Positions 28,869 to 37,903 of a stretch of DNA of 64,000 nucleotides are shown here, piece after piece (positions within the stretch are counted from its first letter, which is position 1; every line of letters begins with the position of its first letter). Under the pieces are notes generated by a model. That model was given only the letters and a program-made list of their open reading frames with translations, was not told the DNA's origin and searched no databases. Source of the stretch: Bacillota bacterium (GTDB lineage: Bacteria > Bacillota > Clostridia > Saccharofermentanales > DTU023); assembly GCA_023426575.1 (NCBI GenBank), contig JAFAAL010000030.1, forward strand, positions 1,637 to 65,636. Reading direction: 5' to 3'. A program made the translations under genes and the position numbers.

Positions 28869-29578
28869 TTGTGGTAGACGTCCTGCACGTCGTCACAGTC
28901 TTCGAGGTGGGCGATCAGCTTCTCTAGCTGCTCGACCTGCTCAGGATCTGTCACTTCCACTTCCACTTGAGCGACGGGACCGAGGCTCATGTCGAGGAAC
29001 TCATAGTCTTGACTCAGCTGATCACGGACCTCGGCATAGCTCTCGGGTGAGGTCAAGATCTCATAGCCCTCCTCAGAGCTCTGAAAGTCGTCAGCTCCGG
29101 CATCCATGGCAGCCATCAGGACAGAGTCCTCATCGGGATAGCTTTCGCGTTCGAGGATCAGTGATCCCTGGCGCTCGAACTGGAAGCTGACACAGCCACT
29201 CGTTCCGAGATTGCCGCCGAACTTGTCGAAGATATGCCGGACCTCGCCAGCCGTTCGATTGCGATTGTCTGTCAGGCAGCGCACCATGATAGCGACCCCC
29301 GCAGGACCGTAACCCTCATAGAGGACGTCCTCGAGCTGATCCTCGCCACCTGCTCCCTGGGCCTTCTGAATCGAGCGTTCAATGTTGGCATTGGGCATGT
29401 TGTTGGCCTTGGCCCTAGCGATGGCATCCTTTAGGACCGCATTGGTCTCAGGATCGGCTCCGCCCGACTTGACGGCCAGCATGATCTCTCGTCCGAATTT
29501 CGTAAAAATCTTTCCCTTTTGGGCGTCCTGCGCCTCTTTGCGACGCTTGATATTATTCCACTTCGAATGACCTGCCAT
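28856..29578 (-). CDS. yebC: YebC/PmpR-family transcriptional regulator
   Basis: MAGHSKWNNIKRRKEAQDAQKGKIFTKFGREI. 240 aa. Confidence 0.9.
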   Translation of the reverse strand: MAGHSKWNNIKRRKEAQDAQKGKIFTKFGREIMLAVKSGGADPETNAVLKDAIARAKANNMPNANIERSIQKAQGAGGEDQLEDVLYEGYGPAGVAIMVRCLTDNRNRTAGEVRHIFDKFGGNLGTSGCVSFQFERQGSLILERESYPDEDSVLMAAMDAGADDFQSSEEGYEILTSPESYAEVRDQLSQDYEFLDMSLGPVAQVEVEVTDPEQVEQLEKLIAHLEDCDDVQDVYHNWQA

Positions 29579-29592
29579 AAGATCTCCCTCGC

Positions 29593-29919
29593 TTAATTTT
29601 TCTTGACGACGACGCCGGTCCCAGAGACCGTCACCATCAGCATCGAGCCATTGGCCCCGAGGACCTCATAGTCCATCTTGCAGCCGACGACCGCATTACA
29701 GCCGATCTCGGCGACCCGCTGGGCCAATTCGCCGAGTGCCTCGTTACGCGCCTGAATCAGTTCCTCTTCGTAGCCCTGAGATCTGCCACCGAACATATCG
29801 CGGAAGGCAGCGCCCATATCCTTTAAGAAATTGACACCTGTGATCACCTCGCCGAAGACGATGCCACGATATTCATAAATGGTGAATCCCTGCAATTCAT
29901 GCGTCGTTGAAAGTATCAT
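29593..29919 (-). CDS. YbjQ/UPF0145 family protein
   Basis: 108 aa. [36 protein letters not shown]...GCNAVVG. Confidence 0.8.
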   Translation of the reverse strand: MILSTTHELQGFTIYEYRGIVFGEVITGVNFLKDMGAAFRDMFGGRSQGYEEELIQARNEALGELAQRVAEIGCNAVVGCKMDYEVLGANGSMLMVTVSGTGVVVKKN

Positions 29920-29952
29920 CTACGAGACCTCCCAGATTGTAAAACCATTCTT

Positions 29953-30585
29953 TCAATCGATCGCCACATAGCGCTCATCAAGCAGTTCTGGCGTCAAGGT
30001 CCCGCAGCTCAGCTCTTGTATCAGCATCTGAGCCTTCTCGACAGCGGCAGGTGGTGGCGCAAATTCCCAGACGACGGACTCACCATAGTCGGGAGAACTC
30101 TGTATCGATTGAAGCTGATCTAATTTATACCACAACTGCTCTCTGAGGTGGTAGGGGGCCTCGAGCCGGTAGAAGGAGCGCCGCTCGTATTGGCAGACCT
30201 CGGCCTCACGGACGGCAGTTGCTGCAGCAGCCGAATAGGCGCGGATCAGTCCCCCAGCTCCGAGCTTGATCCCCCCGAAGTAGCGGACGACAATGATGCC
30301 GCACTCGCTGAGCTCCTCTTGGACGAGGACGTCGAGCACGGGCTTGCCGGCCGTCCCCTGAGGTTCACCGTCATCGGAATAGCGCTGGTAAAAAGTCTCG
30401 AGAGCAAAGCGCCAGGCCGAGACATGGTGCGTGGCCTGGGGGTGGAGAGCACGAATCTCCTCGAGCTTTTCGACCGCGGCCTCTGGATCTTCTAGGGGTC
30501 CTGCATAGCCCAAAAAGCGCGATTTTTTCTCGATGATCTCGATCTCCGCCCATTTTTTCAGTGATTTATAGCTGGAATGAGCCAT
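29953..30585 (-). CDS. YigZ/IMPACT-family protein (UPF0029)
   Basis: EKKSRFLGYA...THHVSAWRF...DDGEPQGTAGKPVLDVL...VVRYFGGIKLGAGGLIRAY. Confidence 0.85.
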   Translation of the reverse strand: MAHSSYKSLKKWAEIEIIEKKSRFLGYAGPLEDPEAAVEKLEEIRALHPQATHHVSAWRFALETFYQRYSDDGEPQGTAGKPVLDVLVQEELSECGIIVVRYFGGIKLGAGGLIRAYSAAAATAVREAEVCQYERRSFYRLEAPYHLREQLWYKLDQLQSIQSSPDYGESVVWEFAPPPAAVEKAQMLIQELSCGTLTPELLDERYVAID

Positions 30586-30618
30586 TTATTGCCCCTTTCT
30601 ACACCAGAGCGCTGAATA

Positions 30619-32106
30619 ATGCTATTATACAGAGGTATGAAGAGACAGCAAAAACAGGCTGCTCCCGGCTCAAAAATCTTCCTGAAAATGCCCAAACCTC
30701 GTTTAGGCCTACTTGATTATCTGAAATTTTTCATTTATTTCCTGCTTTTTCTCATCTTCTGTCTCGTCCTGGCCCTGCTCTGGCGAGATTATGCCCCTCT
30801 TTTAAGGCAGGACGACGAGACCAGTACGGCGAGCGAGCTCGTCGAGACCAGCGCTGCCCCAGGGCCAGATGATCTGGTTCCCGCCGAGATGCTGAGCTGT
30901 CGAGACCCTGACTTGCAGAGGGAGCTCGACCGCTTCTTCGGCCCGCTGCCTCAGACCTATCGCGATCGCTCCTATGAGCGCCATCCCGTCCGTGGTATCT
31001 ACTGTCGCACTCCAGACCCTCAACTCCTCGAACGTTTCATCGACCTCGCCAAGCGTACAGAGATCAACGCCCTGATCATCGACGCCAAGGAGAGCTATGG
31101 TCTGACCTATCCCAGCCAGGTGCCTCTGGCCGTCGAGATTGGCGCAGCGGTCGGCAATCTCAACTGGCAAGAGATCTGTGAGCGCTGTCACGCCGAGGGC
31201 ATCCTGGTCATCGCGCGCGTCGTCGTCTTCAAGGATGAGACGATGGTCCATGGCAAACCTGAACTCTGTATCCAGAATGCCAGGGGGCAGGTCTGTACCT
31301 ACGGCATGGAAGGTGGCGCCTCCTTTGTCAATCCCTATCGCCAGGAGGCCTGGCAGTACATCATCGACATCAGCAAGGAGCTGATCCACTTCGGCGTCGA
31401 TGAGATTCAGTTTGACTACATCCGCTTCCCGACGGGGGCGCCCGATGGAGATCTCCCTGCCCAGTTCTCGCGAGACGGCAATGAAGACGCCCTCCCTGAG
31501 CGGCACTGGGCGATCAATCGCTTTCTCGAGACCGCTCGAATCGAACTCCAAGACAAGCTCAAGGTGCCCGTCGGCGCCGACCTCTTTGCCGCCATCATGG
31601 TCTCGGACATCGACGGCTTCCTCCTCGGGCAGCACTGGCAGACGATCGGTCTCACCGCGATCGACAACATCGGGGTCATGGTCTATCCCTCACACTTTGC
31701 AAATGATTCTTATCATTACACAGGCAATGGAGAGGGCTCACAAATTGGGGACACACTCTTTGCCAAACCAGACCTAGAGCCCTATGGCGTCGTCAAGAAT
31801 ACGATGCTCGAGGGGCTGAACGGCTTTGCCCAGAAGGGCTATTCCATCATGAGGCCCTATCTCCAGGCTTTTACCGCTTCGTATCTGCCTCCGGGCTACT
31901 ATTTGGACTACGGAGCTTCTGAGGTCAGCGCCCAGATGCAAGCTCTCTATGATATCGGCCTGCGCGAGTGGCAGCTCTGGCGCCCCGACCCAGACTACCC
32001 TGAGGGCGCTTTCCGGGGCCCCGAGGCCGAGGGAGAGCTGGCTCTGCCCGAGCCGACGGTCAACCGCCACCAGGTGACGATTCCTCCCGCCACCCTGCCC
32101 GATTAG
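30619..32106 (+). CDS. Putative glycoside-hydrolase-like TIM-barrel protein (COG1306/DUF4015-like) with N-terminal TM anchor
   Basis: TM helix FFIYFLLFLIFCLVLALLW, then RGIY..INALIIDAKE, VVFKD and DEIQFDYIRFP segments that I associate with this family. The family call is from recollection only. Confidence 0.55.
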   Translation: MLLYRGMKRQQKQAAPGSKIFLKMPKPRLGLLDYLKFFIYFLLFLIFCLVLALLWRDYAPLLRQDDETSTASELVETSAAPGPDDLVPAEMLSCRDPDLQRELDRFFGPLPQTYRDRSYERHPVRGIYCRTPDPQLLERFIDLAKRTEINALIIDAKESYGLTYPSQVPLAVEIGAAVGNLNWQEICERCHAEGILVIARVVVFKDETMVHGKPELCIQNARGQVCTYGMEGGASFVNPYRQEAWQYIIDISKELIHFGVDEIQFDYIRFPTGAPDGDLPAQFSRDGNEDALPERHWAINRFLETARIELQDKLKVPVGADLFAAIMVSDIDGFLLGQHWQTIGLTAIDNIGVMVYPSHFANDSYHYTGNGEGSQIGDTLFAKPDLEPYGVVKNTMLEGLNGFAQKGYSIMRPYLQAFTASYLPPGYYLDYGASEVSAQMQALYDIGLREWQLWRPDPDYPEGAFRGPEAEGELALPEPTVNRHQVTIPPATLPD

Positions 32107-32111
32107 TTTCA

Positions 32112-32142
32112 AAGATAAAAACGGCAGGGACTCGCCCTGCCG
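32112..32142 (-). terminator. Intrinsic terminator after serS
   Basis: CGGCAGGG-cgagt-CCCTGCCG followed by TTTTTATCTTT on the minus strand, 22 nt after the serS stop. Confidence 0.7.
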
Positions 32143-32164
32143 CTCTCGTTTCGCATGATTTTTC

Positions 32165-33481
32165 TTAATTCTGCGCTTCGATTTTCTCGAGGCCGCCGAG
32201 ATAGGGGCGGAGGACCTCCGGAATCATGACGCTCCCGTCCGCCAGCTGATTCTGCTCGAGGAGGGCTGGGAAGATACGGCTGGTCGCAAGACCTGAGGCA
32301 TTGAGGGTGTGGACGAATTCGGGCTTCTTGCCGCCCTCGCGGCGGAAGCGAATCTGGCCGCGCCGCGCCTGGTAGTCGCCAGCGCAGGAAGCCGAGGAGA
32401 CTTCCTTATAGTCATTCATCGAGGGGATCCAGATCTCGACGTCGTAGGTCTCCCGCATCGTGTGGCTGACATCTCCAGCCGCTAGGTGGGTCAGGCGATA
32501 GTGCAGGCCGAGTTCCTCGACGAGCTTGCAGGCCTTGTTCACCAGTTCCTGGAGGGCGGCATCTGAGGTCTCGGGCGTCGTGAACTGGAACATCTCAACC
32601 TTGTTGAACTGGTGGCCGCGAATCATGCCGCGCTCCTCTGCGCGATAGGAGCCGGCCTCGCGACGGTAACAAGGGGTATAAGAAAAGTATTTTTTCGGTA
32701 GTTCTCTCTCCTCGAGAATCTCCTCGCGGAAGAGATTGACGAGCGCGGTCTCCGAGGTCGGTAGAAGATAGCGAGAGAAGCTGCGTCCGAGCTCCTTATC
32801 ACGCACGGAGAGGGCATCTGCTCCGCCGAGGACGAAGCTGTCTTCACAGAATTTAGGGAACTGGCCCGCCGTGAAACCGCAGTCGTAGAGCAGAATGTGC
32901 GGGGGCAGAATCATCTCATAGCCGTCCTGGAGATGGCGGTCGATGAAGAAGTTGAGGAGAGCCCATTCGAGCCTGGCGCCGAGGCCCTTATAGAGCCAGA
33001 AGCCATTGCCTGCGAGCTTGACGCCACGTTCATAGTCAATCAGGTCAAGATCCGTCGCAAGGTCGACGTGGTGCTTGGGCTCGAAGTCAAAGGACGGCTT
33101 CTCACCCCAAGTTCTCACCGTCTGATTGTTCTCCTTGCCGCCAGAGACGACGCCTTCAGCCGGGAGATTGGGCAGGCCCGCGACGAATTCCTGCTGCTCT
33201 TGACTGAGCCGCTCGAGCTCCTCATCTTGGACCTTGATCTGCTCGGCCAGCTCCTTCATCTTCTCGAGGAGCTCTGTGACGTCCTCGCCCGTCCGCTTCT
33301 TTTCGGGCACGAGCTTGGACTGGCTGTTGCGCTCTGCCTTGAGCTCTTCTGTCCGATGGATGAGCTCACGCCGCTTCTGATCGAGCGCTAAGAATGCGTC
33401 TAGGTCGAGCTCATAGCCACGCTTGGCCAGGGCCTCTCGGACAGTGTCCGGAGCATTGCGCAGGAGATTGAGATCTAACAT
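32165..33481 (-). CDS. serS: Seryl-tRNA synthetase
   Basis: Start MLDLNLLRNAPDTVREALAKRGY (GGAGG RBS), a coiled-coil arm and class II core motifs (RREAGSYRAEERGMIRGHQFNKVE; TLNASGLATSR). Confidence 0.9.
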   Translation of the reverse strand: MLDLNLLRNAPDTVREALAKRGYELDLDAFLALDQKRRELIHRTEELKAERNSQSKLVPEKKRTGEDVTELLEKMKELAEQIKVQDEELERLSQEQQEFVAGLPNLPAEGVVSGGKENNQTVRTWGEKPSFDFEPKHHVDLATDLDLIDYERGVKLAGNGFWLYKGLGARLEWALLNFFIDRHLQDGYEMILPPHILLYDCGFTAGQFPKFCEDSFVLGGADALSVRDKELGRSFSRYLLPTSETALVNLFREEILEERELPKKYFSYTPCYRREAGSYRAEERGMIRGHQFNKVEMFQFTTPETSDAALQELVNKACKLVEELGLHYRLTHLAAGDVSHTMRETYDVEIWIPSMNDYKEVSSASCAGDYQARRGQIRFRREGGKKPEFVHTLNASGLATSRIFPALLEQNQLADGSVMIPEVLRPYLGGLEKIEAQN

Positions 33482-33678
33482 ATGGCCTCCACTCTCGTCA
33501 CAGGCAAAAAATGCGTCTGATGGCTGCCTGTGGCTTTTGTCATTGGTATATCTTAGCAAAAAGCTCCCCGTCACTCAATTTTTCCGCTATACTATTCCAA
33601 TGTAATAACAGCGCTCGGCGCTAGAAAGGAGTGCGAAGCCTCAAATAAGCTGATAACTTAACGTGCTCGCAAAATGCT

Positions 33679-35487
33679 ATGAAAGAAATCACTGCTCTAT
33701 ACGCTGATGGCCATGTCGCCGTCGCTCCGAATCCCCTCGATGTGGTGCGTCACTCGACGGCCCACCTGATGGCTCAAGCGGTTCAGAGACTCTATCCCAG
33801 CACGAAATTGGCGATCGGTCCTGCGATCGAGAACGGTTTCTACTATGACGTCGAGGCCCCTGTGACGCTGACAGACGAAGATCTGCCACGGATCGAGGCC
33901 GAGATGCAAAAAATTGTCAAGGAGAAGCACGAGGTCACTTGCTTCGAGCTCCCGAGGGACGAGGCCCTGGCCTATGTCGATAAGCAGGGGGAACCCTATA
34001 AGCGCGAACTGATCGAGGACCTGCCAGAAGACAGTCACATCACCTTCTATACTCAGGGGGAATTCACCGACCTCTGTGCGGGCCCCCATATTCAAAATAC
34101 GAAGCAGATTCCTCATTTTAAGCTGATGAGTCTGGCCGGAGCCTACTGGCGCGGCGATGAGAAGAATAAGATGCTGACGCGGATCTACGGCACCGCCTGG
34201 CTGTCCAAGGAGGATCTTAAGAACTACCTCCAGCAGCTCGAGGAGGCCAAGAAGCGCGACCATAGAAAGCTCGGCAAGGAGCTGAAACTCTTTGCCCTGA
34301 TGGATGAGGGACCGGGCTTCCCCTTCTACCTGCCCAATGGCAAGATTCTCTTTAACCGTCTGCAGGAATACATGAGAGAGCTGCTCCAGCGTGAGAACTA
34401 TGTCGAGATCTCGACGCCGACGATGCTCAATCAGGAGCTCTGGGAGCGCTCGGGGCACTGGGCGCACTACAAGGAGAACATGTATCTCTCAGAGATCGAC
34501 GAGACGGCCTATGCCATCAAGCCGATGAACTGCCCAGGCTGCTTCCTCGTCTATAACTACGAGCAGCACTCCTATCGCGATCTGCCACTTCGGATCAGCG
34601 AGATGGGACTCGTCCACCGCTATGAGCTCTCAGGGGCCCTGCACGGTCTGGTCCGTGTCCGCGCCTTCACGCAGGATGATGCCCACATCTTCATGCGCCC
34701 CGATCAGATCTCTGACGAGGTCCTCGCGATCATCCGCCTGATTGCCGAGATCTACGAGAAATTCGGCTTCAGCTATAAGATTGAGCTCTCGACTCGGCCC
34801 GAGGATTCCATGGGCACTGAGGAAGAGTGGGAGATGGCCACCGAGGGCCTGCGCTCCGCGCTCGATCGCTCTGGCTCACCCTATACGATCAATGAGGGCG
34901 ATGGCGCCTTCTACGGGCCCAAGATCGACTTCCACCTGCGCGATGCCATTGGCAGGAGCCATCAGTGCGGTACGATCCAGCTGGATCTGCAGCTGCCCCA
35001 GCGCTTCGATGCCACTTATATTGGCTCTGATGGTGAGAAACACCGACCGATCGTGCTCCACCGAGCCATCTATGGCTCTGTCGACCGCTTCATTTCTATT
35101 CTGATTGAGCACTATGCGGGCAAGTTCCCCTTCTGGCTCGCCCCCGAGCAGATCAAGATCCTGCCGATCTCCGATAAGCTCGAGGCCTATGCCGAGGATG
35201 TCTATCGCCAGCTGAAGCAGGCCGGCTTCCGCGTCTCTGTCGACAAGCGTGACGAGAAACTCGGCTATAAGATCCGCCAGGGCACACAGGAGAAGATCCC
35301 CTTCCTCCTGGTTCTCGGCGAGCGCGAGGCAGCAGATGGCCTCCTGGCCGTCCGCTCGCGCGACGAGGGAGATCTCGGTAGCATGTCGATGGCAGAGTTC
35401 ATGGAGCGCTGCAGAGCCCTCAATGCCGAGGGCCATGGCAAGAAGGAATCCATCGTCGAGGCCATTGCTCACGAAAGACAATCATAG
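33679..35487 (+). CDS. thrS: Threonyl-tRNA synthetase lacking the N-terminal TGS domain
   Basis: HSTAHLMAQA editing-domain motif begins at residue 25. An in-frame TAA at 33646-33648 forbids an upstream extension. Class II core and anticodon-binding domain are present. 602 aa. Confidence 0.9.
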   Translation: MKEITALYADGHVAVAPNPLDVVRHSTAHLMAQAVQRLYPSTKLAIGPAIENGFYYDVEAPVTLTDEDLPRIEAEMQKIVKEKHEVTCFELPRDEALAYVDKQGEPYKRELIEDLPEDSHITFYTQGEFTDLCAGPHIQNTKQIPHFKLMSLAGAYWRGDEKNKMLTRIYGTAWLSKEDLKNYLQQLEEAKKRDHRKLGKELKLFALMDEGPGFPFYLPNGKILFNRLQEYMRELLQRENYVEISTPTMLNQELWERSGHWAHYKENMYLSEIDETAYAIKPMNCPGCFLVYNYEQHSYRDLPLRISEMGLVHRYELSGALHGLVRVRAFTQDDAHIFMRPDQISDEVLAIIRLIAEIYEKFGFSYKIELSTRPEDSMGTEEEWEMATEGLRSALDRSGSPYTINEGDGAFYGPKIDFHLRDAIGRSHQCGTIQLDLQLPQRFDATYIGSDGEKHRPIVLHRAIYGSVDRFISILIEHYAGKFPFWLAPEQIKILPISDKLEAYAEDVYRQLKQAGFRVSVDKRDEKLGYKIRQGTQEKIPFLLVLGEREAADGLLAVRSRDEGDLGSMSMAEFMERCRALNAEGHGKKESIVEAIAHERQS

Positions 35488-35513
35488 ACAAAGCTGTACA
35501 GCATAATTATTGG

Positions 35514-35550
35514 AGGGCCGCTCCCGCTGGGGCGGCCCTTTCTTCTGCTT
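35514..35550 (+). terminator. Intrinsic terminator after thrS
   Basis: AGGGCCGC-10 nt loop-GCGGCCCT followed by TTCTTCTGCTTT. Confidence 0.7.
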
Positions 35551-35700
35551 TGGGAGTCAATTGGTAACACTGGTTGAAGAACTCTTGATTTAATTCTTTT
35601 TATGTTATGATAACCTCATCTCGCAGGCGAAAGTCTTCGAGAGAGGAGACATCGACTTATGATCTGTCTTTTCAACACAATATAAATATAGGAGGAATTT

Positions 35701-35952
35701 ATGGGAATTTTAGCATGGTTACTCGTAGGTGGCGTCGCTGGTTGGCTCGCTGGCCTGATCATGAAAGAAGAACGTGGACTCGTCGGTAGCATCGTCGTCG
35801 GTATCGTCGGCGCATTTATCGGTGGTGCCATCATGAACGGGATCCAGGCGCCCACGGCTGGCTTCACCGGCTTCAACGTCTATTCTGTCCTGACAGCACT
35901 TCTCGGTGCGATTATCCTGATTGCTGTCATGCGCATGATTCGCAGACACTAA
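35701..35952 (+). CDS. GlsB/YeaQ/YmgE-family small membrane protein
   Basis: AGGAGG RBS. MGILAWLLVGGVAGWLAGLIMK...VGIVGAFIGGAIMNG. 83 aa. Confidence 0.85.
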   Translation: MGILAWLLVGGVAGWLAGLIMKEERGLVGSIVVGIVGAFIGGAIMNGIQAPTAGFTGFNVYSVLTALLGAIILIAVMRMIRRH

Positions 35953-35984
35953 GCGCTGCTGGCGAGTCCACTCGAGTTCTCGTC

Positions 35985-36029
35985 GCGATCATTCTGATCG
36001 CCATCATGCGCGTTCGTCGCAGAAACTAA
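35985..36029 (+). pseudogene. Remnant of a second GlsB/YeaQ gene (last ~15 codons only)
   Basis: The segment gcgatcattctgatcgccatcatgcgcgttcgtcgcagaaactaa encodes AIILIAIMRVRRRN*. The intact gene 3' end encodes AIILIAVMRMIRRH*. About 35 of 45 nt are identical by eye. Confidence 0.45.
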
Positions 36030-36068
36030 TAGAGTCAGTAAGCCAGCTGTCGTCATAGGCAGCTTTGA

Positions 36069-36110
36069 GTCAGGGGAGAGGCCACAGGCCCCTCCCCTGA
36101 CTTCCTTCTG
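36069..36110 (+). terminator. Intrinsic terminator marking the left edge of the low-GC island
   Basis: GTCAGGGGAG-12 nt loop-CTCCCCTGAC followed by TTCCTTCTG. Confidence 0.65.
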
Positions 36111-36136
36111 ATTCAGCTCAAAGAGATGCCGCAGTA

Positions 36137-37822
36137 TTGGCAGAATGGAGACATACGCTGAAACTCTTGCTTAATTACATCTTATCACGTTATAAGCGCG
36201 ATCTTTTTATTCGCTCTTTACTGTCAATCATCATTGGCCTAAGTTCTGCTGCACTCGTATATAGTAATAAGTTGCTTTTCGATCACATCGGACGACCTAT
36301 TGTAGCTAAAAAACTATTCTATGATGTATCCATTTTTTGTGTGATACAAGTATCCGCAATACTTATTCAGTCTGTGAATAATAGAGTTAACGACTTGGGC
36401 GCAAGCAAAATAAAAAGTGATTTAGAACAAGTCTTATATCAAAAGCAGCTCAGCCTCTCACTTGAAACACTGGAAACACCTGATACACATACCTCTATCA
36501 TGTTAGCTAGAAACTATGGCATAGATGCAGTATTTTCAACCATAAATAATCTCCTATCTTTATTGAATAGCCTTATTGGCATAACATCTATTCTGTATAT
36601 TTCCATTAGCATAACAACTTCAATGTTATCGGTTATTCTCATAATACCTATTCTTTCATTATATTTGAACACTGTTGTGGATAGGAAACTGGATAAAAAT
36701 CGTGAGACTACGGCTAAACTTAAAAGAGAGCAATCATATATCAATTCTCTGGCCTTGAGTCCACAAAATAGTAGAGAGATAAAAAGTTATCTAGCCGAAG
36801 CTTTCTTCATTAATAAGCTGAGGGCTGTATTATCAAATATATTCGAAAATGAGCGCGAGCAATTTTTAACCCAAGAAAAAATGAGAATTACTCTGGCACT
36901 CTTGGAATTTATAGCTGAATTATACATAATTATGGTAGCAGTAGTACAATCCGTCTCTGATGATATGCCCTTTGGAACAATTACCATGTTTATTGCTGCC
37001 ACTCAAAGCATTAGGGCACATATTAATAGCATCTTCGTCAATTTAAGGGATATAAATCAAAACAGACTGTTCAGTAGATATTTCTTTGATCTTTTACAAC
37101 TTAATTCAGAGCAAGAAACAGGTTCACTATGCCCGCACATCCATTCTATAACGATTGATAATTTAAGTTTTACATACCCAGGAACGACCAAGAAAGTAAT
37201 AAAGAATGTAAATCTAGAACTATTTAGTGGTGACAGAATACTTCTGATCGGACCCAATGGAGTCGGAAAAAGTACTTTAGTTAAACTTTTGGCTGGACTT
37301 TACCATACATACGAGGGCTCAATAAAAATAAACGGTATAGATCTCAGAGATATCTCTATCGAGAGTTACAGAAAGAAAGTCTCTGTGTTCTTCCAGGATT
37401 ATACTAATTTTGATTTAAGCATAGAGGAAAACACATATTTTGACAGTCACATTTCAGAAGCTCAAATGAATAAGATGCGCAACTTACATGCTGAGCTTGA
37501 TCTGCAAAGAAAAATTAAAGAAAAAAACATTAAACACGGCACCCGTTTGGGGTACTGGGATGGAAGCATTGTTTTTTCTGGAGGAGAAGCTCAACGAATA
37601 GCTATAGCACGCTGTTTAGCAAAACAGGCAGACTTTTATATTTTTGATGAGATCACCTCAGCGCAGGACTCAATATCGAGGCGGAATCTCTTTAGATCAG
37701 TTTTAGTTCCTGCAGATGACATAAGGATTATGATAACCCACAATCAAGAGTTAGCATCTAAATACGCGACAAAAGTTTTTAGAATAAAAAATGGTGAGAT
37801 CTTTCCAGATTCTACACCATGA
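36137..37822 (+). CDS. ABC exporter, fused 6-TM domain plus ATPase (no C39 peptidase domain)
   Basis: 561 aa. TMD first (LFIRSLLSIIIGLSSAALVY...), then GPNGVGKSTLVKLLAG, FSGGEAQRIAIARCL and FYIFDE. TTG start; the first in-frame ATG is ~120 codons in. Convergent with the radical SAM operon. Confidence 0.8.
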   Translation: MAEWRHTLKLLLNYILSRYKRDLFIRSLLSIIIGLSSAALVYSNKLLFDHIGRPIVAKKLFYDVSIFCVIQVSAILIQSVNNRVNDLGASKIKSDLEQVLYQKQLSLSLETLETPDTHTSIMLARNYGIDAVFSTINNLLSLLNSLIGITSILYISISITTSMLSVILIIPILSLYLNTVVDRKLDKNRETTAKLKREQSYINSLALSPQNSREIKSYLAEAFFINKLRAVLSNIFENEREQFLTQEKMRITLALLEFIAELYIIMVAVVQSVSDDMPFGTITMFIAATQSIRAHINSIFVNLRDINQNRLFSRYFFDLLQLNSEQETGSLCPHIHSITIDNLSFTYPGTTKKVIKNVNLELFSGDRILLIGPNGVGKSTLVKLLAGLYHTYEGSIKINGIDLRDISIESYRKKVSVFFQDYTNFDLSIEENTYFDSHISEAQMNKMRNLHAELDLQRKIKEKNIKHGTRLGYWDGSIVFSGGEAQRIAIARCLAKQADFYIFDEITSAQDSISRRNLFRSVLVPADDIRIMITHNQELASKYATKVFRIKNGEIFPDSTP

Positions 37823-37903
37823 AGCTGCCCCCTATCGCTAAAATTGCTGAACAAGCCATCTCATACCCAAAATGCTAATGATACCGTGGATGCGGAGGTT
37901 CAT

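Noticed and set aside
35560-35700. Possible riboswitch in the ~100-nt glsB 5' region (imperfect CCTCATCTCG ... CGAGAGAGG pairing after a TTGATT/TATGAT promoter-like pair)
   Set aside because: The pairing is imperfect, no known riboswitch consensus was recognised, and there is no terminator or RBS-sequestering logic I can demonstrate.
36101-36112. Possible direct repeats at the island borders: CTTCCTTCTGAT (36101..36112) versus CTTCCTTACGAT (42858..42869)
   Set aside because: Only 10 of 12 positions match. The left copy is simply the pyrimidine tail of a terminator. Such short imperfect matches are expected by chance in 64 kb, so this is not adequate evidence for att sites.
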